Shown here in pieces: positions 1-12,875 of a stretch of DNA of 64,000 nucleotides (the first letter of the stretch is position 1; each line of letters opens with the position of its first letter). The notes beneath the pieces were generated by a model that worked only from the letters and a program-made list of their open reading frames with translations, did no database searches and was not told where the DNA came from. A program made the translations under genes and the position numbers. The stretch is from positions 62,001-126,000 of the forward strand of contig JAQGDQ010000081.1 in the NCBI GenBank assembly GCA_030141605.1. Direction: 5' to 3'. This DNA is from Tubiluchus corallicola (Eukaryota > Animalia > Priapulida).

Positions 1-244
1 GTTATTTACAATAACACCCTTCGTCCTATTTGTCCGGTGATGGCAGCTGATAAAGGTAGCAGTTTAGCCTTTTATAAAAAGCTACAAAACATTCCTACGA
101 TTCTCACGAAGCACCATCAAATTATGTTCTACAGACAAGCCCGAAGTCAAGAATTTGGATAGGTCGGTTTCGAGCCACATCATTCCGGATACCGTGAGTC
201 CAACGAAATCCAGACAGTCGCGTACACTATAGACTCTCCAACAA

Positions 245-995
245 CTGTGTACGGGCGGGGGGGGGGGGTAGGTATTTCCTGGGGCTGAAATAATTTGCCA
301 TGAAATTTTTCTAAGTTGCCTAATGCTGATTTAAGTGATTTCAAAATAAATGCAGCAATGGTCCACATAGTTATGTAAGACATAGATTAACAAAAATGCC
401 TAACAAACAAAATATTTGTATTTATATATTGTACATAATGTATATAATGTATATGTACATAATATTATTTAGTTTTACAACAAAATACATAATTCGAGCA
501 ACAGACTATTTGATGGTTGATAATTTTAGTGAGCAAACACGCAAATAGTTCCAGATATACTTTTTCAAATGTTGCAGACATTTAAAAAAATCAAAGCAAT
601 CCAAAATCAGTGACGGTCTATTTTTCTTCTGCAATCATGTTTGTAACGCTGCTGTATATTGCTGAAGAGTGTAAAAGCACCCATGTGGTTTCAAGAACAT
701 GGCGAACTAAGATTGATATCAGGTATTATTACTAACTCGAATTTGTCGTAGTAAAAATGATTTAACGGCTTAAATACAATAAAAATGTGGTTCATCACGT
801 AAGCTAGTTTAGGGATATCAAAGTTTAAAATTTTAAAACATAATTATTATTTGCGTTGGAAATAATTCACCCTTTGTTGTGAAAACGTGCACAATACGCT
901 TGCCTTAAGACGGCATATCTCCAACCCCAACTCCTCCAGACCAGAAAACCACCACGCCCCACCCCCAACCCCATCCCCCGCCTCGTGCGCCTATA
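245..995. mobile_element. Possible old MITE with G/C-rich imperfect terminal inverted repeats
   Basis: Left TGTACGGGCGGGGGG.. versus right CCCCCGCCTCGTGCG; AT-rich interior; no TSD seen. Confidence 0.3.
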
Positions 996-1589
996 TGTTC
1001 TTGGGTGGGGGTGAGTGAATTTTACATTTTCAGGGCAAATATCTGTATGGGAAAATTTTCAAATTTAGCATTGGGTATTCAAAATACTTAAAAGTACAAG
1101 AATAAAATTTGTAAACTCGTGAGCTTTAAAGAATGCAAAAGTAAACTTGAAACTTCATTATTTTAAAAGTTTCTGCTAATTCCTGCTTGAAAATTGAAAA
1201 TATTCGTAAAATTCGGTTTTTAACCCTTTATTTAAACATTAAATTTACACATGTTTGTGTTAACGACAACATTTAACAATGCTGTTGTATCATTTTGAAT
1301 AGGAATTTTGATCAGAAAGAGATGTAAATTGCGTTACTGTATTAAACGCCGGTCATTACCCTCGGATTAAATTTTATTTAAAAAATACTTCTATATTGAC
1401 AATGCACTTGGGGGTTGCGAATGGGCCTCAAAAGTTGAGTGCCTCTCTTCTGCTAGATCTGGCTCTGAGTGAGTAGTCCTATAAATATTTTGTTTTTAGA
1501 CACTTTTGTCAGTTTATATCGCATAAGTGTATGTGTACCCAGCTGTTTGCACTTATTTGGAAATGATATGGGTTATGGCAAGTTAGAAA

Positions 1590-1640
1590 ATTTTCTGGGC
1601 AAATTTCTTAAACCTCAGTTTCCCAGTCGTAAATCTCTTC
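1590..1640 (+). mobile_element. Possible CORE-SINE central-domain remnant
   Basis: CTGGGCAAATTTCTTAAACCTCAGTTTCCC resembles the CORE/MIR motif TTGGGCAAGTTACTTAACCTC..CCTCAGTTTCC. Confidence 0.35.
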
Positions 1641-3028
1641 CTATAACTTTGTTTATATTATTGTGTGGACTTCCGATAGTAATGGGTCAGCAGGTAGCTT
1701 GCTGTTTGGGGTGTAGGTCCCTGATGCTGGGGCCTTGCACGCTATTGAATGCTTAACATTGTTCAGGCGTTTTTATTTCTTTTTGTATTTTTTACGTTAT
1801 CCTTCTTGTACTATATTCAATGTGTGCCTAAGTAAATAATATATTATATAACATGTAATTTTCCTTTTTGTTTTAGTGGCAAAAGATTTAAATAAGAGAA
1901 GAAAAGTTTAAATAATTTATGAACAAAAATCCAATGGAAAGGGGATAAACCGCATGGGGTGGGAGGTCTAACTTAAGAATATTAAAGAATATTACCGTTT
2001 CTTGCTAACTGTAACCTTTTAATTATGAAGTCAAAAAACTGGATTATCGATTCCGCAAATCTCAATTTTAGTCACAGAGTTTTTCGATACTCACAATTTC
2101 GCCTGATACTAAAGGAGTTTTGCTTGCCCTGCATGTACGTACTGTATGACAGCGTTATGGAAAACCAATTAAAACACATAAAAAGAAATATCGGGTCTGT
2201 ACTGTAAACTCACCTGGTAACATGCATCTTCTATAGCAGTTCTACGCCCTCCCACGATCTCGGAGGGTTCTGGAACTATAACTGATCTCGCCTCAACTAA
2301 TAAGATGAACAAATGTTTAAATTACGCTACAATATATCAGAATAATACTGTTCTAATAACTCTCTATTACCAAAAACGATGTTCCGCTCATTTATGTGGC
2401 TGGAATGCAACTGAATACTTTCACATCATGGCTTTGGTTTCGACTTTTTGCCTTACATCACATTTTCTTGGAATGCATAACATCGTCAAGCAAAAACTTA
2501 TTACTTCATGTACTCATTATAATTTTATTTCAATGGAACATGTTTATGATTTTTACCTGCTTTGAAATGAACTTTGTTGTGTGGTTTTTTTCAAGTGTAA
2601 TGGTCAACAAAGAACTGACCAATGAACCATAAAGATCAACAGAAGCACAAAAATCACGTTAATCTAATAATAAACATTCATTAAACAGAAAGGTTATGGA
2701 GTCTATATGATAAATTCTATTCTTACCGCGACTAGTTATCATCCCAAAAACAAGTACAAGCGTGGCCACAAACATTTTTGCCAGCAATGATTAACGAACG
2801 CTAAAAACAAAGTATCAGAATGACTAGTGACTATTGAAGACAAAATTGAAACTGGAATTCCGTTTTAACCAAAAGCTTCCTTTTTATATCATTCGTGAAA
2901 CTTGATTTGTGGTATTTTGGTTGGCATTTTGTTTGACCTTACCGGACCTCAAAAATGCAAAACAAACAGCTCCGCTTTAAATGCATAATGTGCAAATTTC
3001 CACAATGTGTTTCTAATTTACATTTGTC

Positions 3029-3738
3029 CGTAATGTAAATGAGTAATACAAATACACTACCATGAAGTCTCACAATAGATGCCAAGATTAGTTTAGGATA
3101 CACATATTAAGTATGTCTCTTTTTGGATTTACCATTCATTTTTAACGATCGTTAGTTACAAAAACCCATTTTATGGTTTCGCGAAAGTAGAAGCATTATA
3201 AGAATTTGTCAAGTGTGCATCCAGTTAATCATCAAGTAATTTGATATGTTAATTTGTGTAATAGATAGTGCTAATCAATTTTAATATAATAGTCAAGTGA
3301 AAACAGGAAAATTGCTATAAGATACTATCTGGTTGAGTGACGTAACGTTTTACTTCAGGTAAAGCCTATGTAGCCATTCGTTCAATTTCTCACTACACAC
3401 ACACAAAAATTTACAATAAACAAACTATTTACTATAATTAGTCACACATAATAAGTAAATAAAACGTTAATCCAACGGATATAGGTTTATATTTTTGAAT
3501 CAAACACCATTTTATGATGAACATGGCTTGTTAATTAAACTCATAATCCGCATAATTCCGTGATGCGTTTCTATTTACTTTTGCGTATAATGCAAATGAG
3601 TAATGCAAATACCATGAAGTCTCTCTTAATGACAACAAATGCTAAAGATAGAATAGGATACCCATATTAAGTAGGTCCCTTTGTGTATCCCTTTGTGTGA
3701 ATTTACTGTTTCATTTAATGATCATTAGTTGCAAAAAC
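3029..3738 (+). repeat. A-B-A' arrangement: diverged ~140-155 bp direct repeats (3029-3166, 3585-3738) around a dispersed repeat B (3184-3543)
   Basis: Both A copies share AAATGAGTAAT..CCATGAAGTCTC..AGGATAC.CATATTAAGTA..TTAGTT.CAAAAAC. Confidence 0.75.
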
Positions 3739-4871
3739 TGATACCGCAGACATGTTCGAAATGAGATTGTCATCACATATTATGCCACTGACAAATCATG
3801 ACGTAAGCAGGAATTCACTCCTATGCAGCAAAAACTGCAGCAAATGTCAAAAATCCACCTCATGTCGCATTTTGGAGATGAACGTACTTTTGTACAAACA
3901 TTCCAACATTCCAATCAACAACAGCACAGAAATTTATCGCTACAAACATATATATTTTATATCGTAATATCCTTTATTGTACAAATACAAACAATGTCCT
4001 GAAAACGACCAAGCGTTGTTAAAAGGCGTGTAGATACCACTTATTCATAATATTGTTCACAGGAACCAAATATTTACGATTTACAAACGATTTACGATAT
4101 TTTTTCGGTATCAATTCGAACAACAAAATCGCAAACCCAAAATCGTTCAAAAATTATTTCAGCTTTGTTTACAGAAAACCTTGATAACTTTTTCAACTAC
4201 CTTTCACAAATTAAATTTTAGAGTCTAAATTTGAAGTTTTAAATGACTTGTTTAATGATCCCAAAAAGTTTTTCAACTACTGGTATGCTTTTTTGTAGGT
4301 TCAAACAACAAAAACGCATAGGCCTCGTTGAATGTGTCGTCAACACACTGATAAATCAAGCCTACTTCACTGCAGCATTTTATGAAATTTTTTAGGATGA
4401 CTGACAATATTTTGGTAAAATTGTTTGACAGGTCAAGATTTATGCTAAAAATTACGTAAAATATTTATGGTCACGCAATGTATTCTATATAAATATGTTC
4501 TTGAAAGTGCCTTTATAAATCACTGCTAGATCCCACAAGTTTTTATTGGTTATGATGTTTTATGTACCTTCAAAGTTAGTGCCGACATGCTCTCAATGGA
4601 AGCCTAATCTACGTTGCATGTTTTTATGACTTAGCGCCATATTATTACCTTGGCCACATCAAAATCAGTTTGGAAGGATTTGCACGAAAGGTTCATTTGT
4701 GTCATGGATTTTGGCGCTGCTGATGCTAGTTTAGGACATTGGGGCATCAGTTATTGTGCAGCATTACAATAACCATTATAAAGATATCTATAAGCGGAAG
4801 TTGTTGTGTGTTCTTAATTTAAAGCATTTATCGACGAAAATGACATAAAAGGGGTTTCGTCTGAAGAGTGA

Positions 4872-5894
4872 ATGTATAAACAAAGAATAGATCAAAATTT
4901 GCCCAGACGGAAGATGAATACATCCAATTTGTCTTCTATGTTCTTGGAAACTGCAACAGACTTGTCAATGCATCTCCTATTATCTTTTGAGCTATCATTA
5001 GGTCTCGCAGCCATAGTTACGAATAACGTTATGATTGTTGCTGCACTAAAATCTGGAAAACCATCTTCAGTAAAGAACATCTTGTTGCTATCACTGACTT
5101 CGTCAGACCTGATATGTTCCTCAAGTTTCATCACAATGCGAGTTGTCACCACATATCTGATGGTTTCTTGGTTAAATTGTGCGGTTATCGGATTGTTTAA
5201 TGGTTCAGGGTGTGTGGGGTACTACCATGTGTGCGCAATAGCGATGGAACGTTACCTTAGCATAGTACATCCAGTTTGGCACAAAACGTCTCTCACTGCT
5301 AAAAAGCTCCTGCTTCTTCTTGTTTTTTTCTGGATCCATCCATTAGTTTTTAGCATTGCTTCATATGCCTGGGACTTTTATAAAACAGGAAGATGCATTT
5401 TCGAAATGGGAAATATTGTTTTGTTAATTTCATATGTGGTAACTATTGGTGCTCCTGCAGTGACTGTAGTAGCCGCTTACGTTCAAATTGGGAGAAGAGT
5501 AAGAGCCAGAACAGTAAGTATAGCAGCGTCTAGCAAAAAGGAAAAGCGAGATAATAAGGCCACAATAGCAGTTGCCAAGATCTTGGTATTATTCTTCGTA
5601 ACGTGGATGGCATACATGATATTCAACTGCATTGTAGAAATCTGTCTATGTTCGCCACTGTGGTCTGTTAGGCTAGCAGAAGATCTTACCTTTATCAACT
5701 TCATTATTGCTCCAATTATGTATGGAGTCAATATTGCCGAAAACCAAAATGTTCTCGCAAAAGTGTTACGAAAAATGAAAATACGTCCCTCAGTGGAACA
5801 AGACACTGTAAGGACTAATGTGAAAAGTACTTCACAAAAAGTTATTCGCAGTATTAAAGTATACCAAGTGAATTTCCAAGAGAACGAGTGCTGA
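4872..5894 (+). CDS. Intronless class A (rhodopsin-like) orphan GPCR; the real start may be the Met at 4914
   Basis: 340-aa ORF with seven hydrophobic segments: TM1 Asn (TNNVMI), TM2 SLTSSD (LAxxD-like), TM3 Cys and AIAMERY, TM4 W..P, ECL2 Cys (GRCIF), TM5 P/Y, TM6 FFVTW, TM7 APIMY (NPxxY variant). N-glycosylation sequons MNTSNLS follow Met 4914. Confidence 0.93.
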   Translation: MYKQRIDQNLPRRKMNTSNLSSMFLETATDLSMHLLLSFELSLGLAAIVTNNVMIVAALKSGKPSSVKNILLLSLTSSDLICSSSFITMRVVTTYLMVSWLNCAVIGLFNGSGCVGYYHVCAIAMERYLSIVHPVWHKTSLTAKKLLLLLVFFWIHPLVFSIASYAWDFYKTGRCIFEMGNIVLLISYVVTIGAPAVTVVAAYVQIGRRVRARTVSIAASSKKEKRDNKATIAVAKILVLFFVTWMAYMIFNCIVEICLCSPLWSVRLAEDLTFINFIIAPIMYGVNIAENQNVLAKVLRKMKIRPSVEQDTVRTNVKSTSQKVIRSIKVYQVNFQENEC

Positions 5895-6885
5895 ACTCGT
5901 TTTAGACACTTCGCCATAACTTGCTCAGGATCGGTACCCTAAACTCATCAAATTCGAAAATTTAAAGACTACCTCACGGCTAAGTGCTTACAAAAGCGCT
6001 GAGATGTTATCGTAATTATTATCTTATTTTTGATTTGTATTGGCTGTATATCATAATCAGTAATACAGATGAACATTCAACATATTAGTGGGAACTTTAA
6101 CTTTGGCACTTTGAATCTTTGATGCCTGCATGACTAATGATTTAGGATTCTTTTGTATCCTAATTGAATACAACGATGGCGACTAACTAAGTAATTTTCT
6201 ATCAGGTCGAGTAATTAAGTAAATCAGTAATGGGATAGTTTACTGACTGATTTTACTGTTTTGACTGGTTCGTTTGATTAATCCTTAAAATAATTGGCTA
6301 TCTACTGCTCTCACATGATATTGCGTCACGTATAAATTTGCTTTCTGTCCTGACTTCACAAGTTGAAATTGCAACTTTTATTCAAATTGTGACATTAATA
6401 AAGTAGGTAACGACTCTTGGTATTTAAATCATCTCCTCTTCTTATACTTTAAACTTTAATGTGACCGGGGGATCATTATGGTGGGATGAAGAAAATAATT
6501 TGCATTGAATTTCGTTGAATTTGGTTAGTATTAGTTTCAAACAGTATTAGTTTGAAGTGTTGCATATGCTTGCATAATTCACTTTTGGCAACAATTTTTT
6601 GACATAATGTCGAAATATTGTTTTAACTACACAAAAATATACTATACGTCGCTGCACGCTGTAACTTATGTCTTATATTAGGTCTATTTTTTGTCGTTTG
6701 TAAGTTAAACTGGCTGAAGGTACTGGGACAGCTGAAAGTATCCACTAAATTGCACTATTATATTTATTACATCGATGATGTTCTTGTTTCTAAGCAGTCT
6801 TCGTGAGACTCCGAGCTTTACTTGTTGGTTTTCTGTTCTTTTATTTAAACCAGATTTACTTCAACAATTCCCAAACTAGTACTCC

Positions 6886-7022
6886 TAGCCGAGCGGTGAG
6901 GTAGTAGTACAAAGACGTTAGTAGTTTAGAAAATGAATCAGTTTCTCCTAAGTGCCTCTACGGGGCGTACCCTGAGACAAAAGATGTGGGTTCGAATCAC
7001 GAGTTTGATCTTTAGTGTCGGG
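6886..7022 (+). ncRNA. tRNA-like Pol III A/B-box element overlapping let-7-like and miR-125/miR-10-like hairpins (degenerate SINE head or divergent miRNA pair)
   Basis: A box TAGCCGAGCGGT 6886-6897; B box GGTTCGAATC 6989-6998; TGAGGTAGTAG 6897-6907; CCCTGAGAC 6970-6978, which pairs with 7008-7022. Confidence 0.35.
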
Positions 7023-9282
7023 CTTGAGTTGCTGTTATTGTGTTTAACTAACAAAGTGTGAACTATTTATGATATTTTTACTATTTAAATACTTCTTAAA
7101 CGTTCACAAAAAGACGCACTCCAAGATACATATTTTTTGTCTATAAAAACGATCAAAATTTAATGAACAAATTTGTGATGATCAAAAAAGATAATTTTCA
7201 AAATCAATCAGAATGCTGCACTCCCTTTTGGTTTAAAATTAAAAGTAGGCAGTCTTTCAGTAAAAAAGATTATACTTAATCACTAGAGCGTAGCTGTTTT
7301 TCAGATGACGCATACCTAAATCATGTTATACTTTAAACAACAAAACTTCTTAGATATAATGTTATTTACCAGACATGAAAGAACAATAAACAAGAGGCAA
7401 AATCCAACCAAAGACCTAGGTACTCACTAATTACTCTTTCCCCGGGAAGTGCACCGAAAAACCTGTCCAGACTGAGATGGTTCTCTGTCCATTAACATCT
7501 GGCATACCACATAATCATTGCTGACGTCACTGGAAACGAAGTCTGCACTGTCCAGTAGATGAGGTAGGTGAGGTAACATCGAGAATGGTTTAGCTTCCTC
7601 AGAGGCTGGCGTCAAGTAAATATGTGGTATATTCAGTCCAACCTTCTATAACGGATTAAGTAAACTGTCCCAAGTATCCATTTGGCTGTAAATTCCGATA
7701 GTGCACAAAATATATCATAACTTATCTGGACTGCTCGAAAACGTTGCTGTCCTTTAACTGTGTAATCACTGTTCTAAAAATGCTGAATGCCAAATTGTAG
7801 TAAATTACATAGTCCACAGGTAAAACGGACAGAGCAAACGTCTTTTCTTCATAGCGAGAAGCGTGCCGACTGAAGCCGTCGAAATGAAACTAGGACGACA
7901 ACCAAGTTTCCAGCTTATGCACCTGTTGAAGGACAGGTATGTGGCTTTCCCATCTCGCAGTACTTACAGTATTTAATCATGATACTAGCTAAACATTCAT
8001 CTATAGTAAACTGTTCATGACACTTCGATTCCCACTAGTCCCATCTAACAAAAATCTATTCTGTAATAGCAAGGAATTGTGATTTTACCATCATTCTCAC
8101 TCAGGTAAACAAGTAGTATTGCTGGGCTTGGTTAGTAAATGAACTGGTAATCTAAACAACACAGCCAGATTAACAGAAATTGTTTAATAAAAACACCATC
8201 AAATTAAATTAACAATAATTATATTCAAATTTAGGGGCTTTAAAATTTCGCAAGATAGACTACATAGTAGTTATTGTCACGTCAGTAATTTTGTAAACAT
8301 GAATTTGCTATAGAAGGTATACAAAGTTTAATATAGTTTAATTAGTTTTAATTGAACTAGATGAGTAACGCTAATTTTGCTAAGACGACTGCGTCAAAAT
8401 AATTAACTTCAAATTTGCTCGTAAATGGTTGCATTTGCAAGTCAACATAGACACTACAGTAACAAACTATTTTGATTGTCTGCCTCGCTATTCTAATTTT
8501 AAGTTAATGTGAATGAAATTGAGCTTAAACATGTCTTTTAGTCGGTTGAGGACATGATCCAAGAGATATTTTCTGGCGTTAGAAAGTTTTTAGCATAGCA
8601 CCGACTTGGAGACTAAGTATTATGGTATGATCATGCTGCCATCTGGTGGGGCCAATTTGACTTAACAAAAATAGAAAATAAAAAAGTAGATTTTAAGTGA
8701 AGGATTCACTGAAAGGTAGCAGCAGATGGTTAAATAGCAGAAAATGAATTACAAAAACTATTATGCTGTAAGCTAATGTATATTAGTCTCTTACATTATT
8801 ATGAATTACAACGTTAATAAACTTATTCTCTAACTTTATTTTCGCACATTAGAATTTAGAACAAGCACGTTCTACGATACTCCACACTACTTTTATTTAT
8901 CCAGCAGAAAAATGACAGACCAGCAAACTTGGGTTGCTGCAAAAAAGCCAGTGCACATATAATTCACTTTTACATAGTTTTGCATTCCGTGTTATGAAAT
9001 GACTGTTCCATTCAAAACCGCTAGTCAAGTGAGCATTGCAACCAGGGAATCATTCTTGATCACTACGTATCAGCTCGATCTTGTCAGCAAAAATTATGGT
9101 CTTTTTGTTATATTCACTTTATGGCAGCAGTGACTCTTAGACTCTGTTAAAAGCTGTTTCGTGTAAATAAAATTTATTTGATTACAAAGTAGTTTAATCT
9201 ACATCACTTAACATTCGTAATTGAACTGCGCTTGCAAACTGTTTAGGTCTATTGTTAAAGTGCTGACCACTTTAAGTAAAGC

Positions 9283-9453
<171 letters not shown>

Positions 9454-11619
9454 CTAGTTCATTAGACATATGAGCAACAGAATAAAATACTGAAATAAAA
9501 TAATTAAATTAGCCATCGTTAATTAGAAATTTGTTATCCAAAAGCTAATAAAATGAAACAAGAGTTAAAAATGAGATTTCTTTCACAGATACTTAAAATT
9601 TGTAGCTTGGCACAAATACTTGATATGCGCAGTATTAATGTAGTATTAAAATTCGATTTGAGCAGCCGTTTCCTTTTGTTTTTTCCGCGTTTTTGTGTTA
9701 CTAAATTTACGTTAAATAGTTTGCTTAAAAATTCGGAGAAATGTTTAGTCCTGTTCTGTAGATCATCATTCTTTGAGTCTACTGTAAGAAAATTTACGTG
9801 ATAACTATGCCTCGTTTCTCGTTATCTGTGGTTATCCTACATGCAAAATCTCTGTTAATCTGTGGAGATTAGTTCAAGTTGGGTTTAATTCAAGTATTTA
9901 GCAAGCTCACATGAGGCCAAGCGCCTGACAGCAATCAATACAGCTGAGAAAACACGTGTATAACAATCAAATCTTTGTTCTATACTTGACTTCTGTATTG
10001 AGGAGCGAGGATACAGCGATCATGAAAATTACATTAAAAAGTGCGGCAACACTGAATCAACAAAATAGAAATCGTAATAGAAACTTCGGTTCATAATAAT
10101 TGAAGTAGATCTTTATTTGGAGAGCTTGGTGGATTTTGCACTAAGGGTTGAGGCAATTAGTAATGTTCCTTTGAATAAGTATTTTGCATCTAACTTATCC
10201 AGCTATTAAGCTAGAATTGTTCGTTAGTCTACATAAATGTGCATTTTTAAGTTACTTTTTCATGTAGCTTTAACTTGGCGTCATCTGTGTTTTTGCGAAC
10301 GGACCACATAGACGGACACGTAAAAAAACACGATTTTGCAGTGAAAAACTTACTGACCACAGTTATAATGTAACAAATTAGTCAATGATTTGCCGGTTTA
10401 AGTAAGTGAACGGCCGTTCGTGCATTTCTTCGGGGTAAAATTCATTTTGCGAACAGTAAAATATGCTGCAAAGATAATGCAAAGATTATTTGCGCATAGA
10501 AAAAGTTACATAACCCACACCGATGTGACAAACTACTATAAGGGTGAATCAAGACGTCCCAATGGCCTCTGACCCATTACATAGTCCTACCACTTCGAAC
10601 GCCTCTCATAAAGAGTGATTTGCAAATATTTAAAATTGATATGTTAAAATTCATAAGCCATTTATGAAAGATAAGTATTTTTCCCCTTTGGCGCTCCTGT
10701 ATAAAATAGGTATTAAATTATACATTGTGTTGCAAACGTTTCGCTCGGTCACGTGTATTTGTTCGCCAAAGAACTTCCATCAGACGTTGAGTCGACTTTT
10801 CGTGAGGTGGCCTAAAAGCATTTAGAATAAATCAGTCACCCAATCGACTTTTTGATCGTCTTTTTTCTAGTGACACTTTCTGGTATGACCATTTGTTTGT
10901 TTATTATGATTCTGCTTCGCGTTTTTCCACGTTTTAAACACAAATTGGTCTTGAGGACAAAATGTGGCAAATCCTACAAGGCGTCAATATTGACAAGACA
11001 CTGCAATTGAAGCCCGGCTGCCGGGTGCACAAGTGCGGCGTCTTTGTAGTTGAGTGATCGAAACTTCATTATTACGGCAGAAGAGAAGGTTGTATGAGGG
11101 AGTTTCCTAGCAGAGGCTCCTTGCTGTGCCGATTATTTGGACTTCGAACTGCAGCACCACCGTGAACATTACAATTCACATTCTCTGCAAACTTTAAGTT
11201 AAATTCATTCAATGAATACCTATAACTCTGACGCAGTTTCTTTCCCAATATTTTGTATCACTTCTGGATCCGGGATATTTAGGTTCTTTATTAGCCAAAC
11301 AGTGTGTAATCACAATAAATTGTTCATTAGTATACAACTATAGTCTGTCCAGGCGGTCTAACAAACGCTTGTTGGTTGAAAAAAAGACTAAAGAAGACGA
11401 TAATACTTATCTTGGAGTTCTGAGCTTTTTGTTCTTCAGTTTTACAAAAAAAGCCCATTTTCCATGAAATAACTAGGCATTTCGTTCAAACGATTATAAC
11501 TATATATACATATAATATGTACAGCCTTACTTGCTATGCTAAATCGATACATAAAATTATATTCACAATAATTCCTAGCATAAGGCCTGTCTTTATGTAA
11601 CGATAGTATAGTCCAAGTA

Positions 11620-11632
11620 CATCATCATCATT

Positions 11633-11730
<98 letters not shown>

Positions 11731-11754
11731 GGAATCATCATCGTCATCATTATC
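11620..11754. repeat. (CAT)n microsatellite
   Basis: Visible directly. Confidence 0.97.
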
Positions 11755-12513
11755 GCCCTTTTGTGACCATCGCCATTGTTGTAACTATGAATTATAAACG
11801 ATTCATTTAAATCTAAAAAGCAAGGATTCTTCTTCAATACTGGTAGGGTTATGGTATTGTCTTATCAACATTTGAAATAACACGGCGTATGCTGCTTGTA
11901 AGTATCTGTAAGTCACTGTTCAATGTGAGCCAGTGATGCTGAAATGATTTTTCAGACTAATAAACAATTATGAACAACGTATTTAGACATTCTGCTGAAT
12001 TAAAACGCTAACTAATTTCCCCAGGTTGTAATGGCAATGTTAAATTCCCGAGAAACCATGAGAACATATATGACATTAAAAGAAGCCTCTCTCCCCAGTA
12101 CAATCTGTCTACGGTATATTATCTTCCGTAAATTAGTTTGGCCAGTTTCCACGCGGCTGTACGAAAATCAAATATTTACACAAGAGTGAAAGTCAACTCT
12201 TCTCATGAAAAATTCAAGTGTGGTTACACGGTTAGGAGAGAGTCACATTTCACTTTTAATCTAACTATACATCTGCTTACTAGCAGTGACTGTAGACTAG
12301 AAGTAATAGAATTTACGGCAGACAAAAAATTCACAAGAATTAATATGAATACAAAATTTACAATGAGCAACGTGAGAAAACAGCGCATAATGAACAGAAT
12401 GGAAATATTCTATTATATTTATTATCAAAACGTTCACATGTTATTGAGTAAACTGTAATTCCAGTTAAAAAACTAAAAGCAAAATGTTACTTTTGAAACA
12501 CCCAAACGCCTGA

Positions 12514-12875
12514 AAGTAGAAGCATGTTAAGAATTCGTCAAATATGCATCCAGTTAATCACCAAGTAATTTAAGTTGCTGTCATTTTGTGTAAATTGATA
12601 GTGCCAATCAATTATAGTCAAATAAAAATCTCACCACATCGTTACCTGTAGGAAAATTGCTGTGGAACACTCTATCTGGTTGAGTGACGTTACTTTTTTA
12701 CTTCAGGTAAAGCCTATGGACAATACGTTCAATTTACTCACCACACACACGAAGATTTACAATAAACAAGGTACGTGTTGGAATAATGAGTTTGTCACAT
12801 AATAAGCAAATAAAACGTTGGACCAACGGATATAATAAAAACACGATTCTATGATGAACATTGTTAATTAAACTC
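12514..12875 (+). repeat. Second copy of the ~360-bp repeat B (3184-3543)
   Basis: Shared blocks AAAGTAGAAGCAT, GCATCCAGTTAATCA, CTATCTGGTTGAGTGACGT, TACTTCAGGTAAAGCCTATG, ATTTACAATAAACAA, GTTAATTAAACTCA. Confidence 0.85.

Noticed and set aside
6886-7000. Functional tRNA-Leu/Ser gene
   Set aside because: A and B boxes are present, but I could not build an acceptor stem or anticodon arm.
7427-7960. P-element/THAP9-like transposase remnant (LDRFFG, PHLL) on the minus strand
   Set aside because: The motifs are short and in different frames; evidence is insufficient without a profile search.
10730-10790. Second hammerhead-like motif on the minus strand (CTGATGG..GAGCGAAACGTT)
   Set aside because: The core is altered and no stem I pairing was found.
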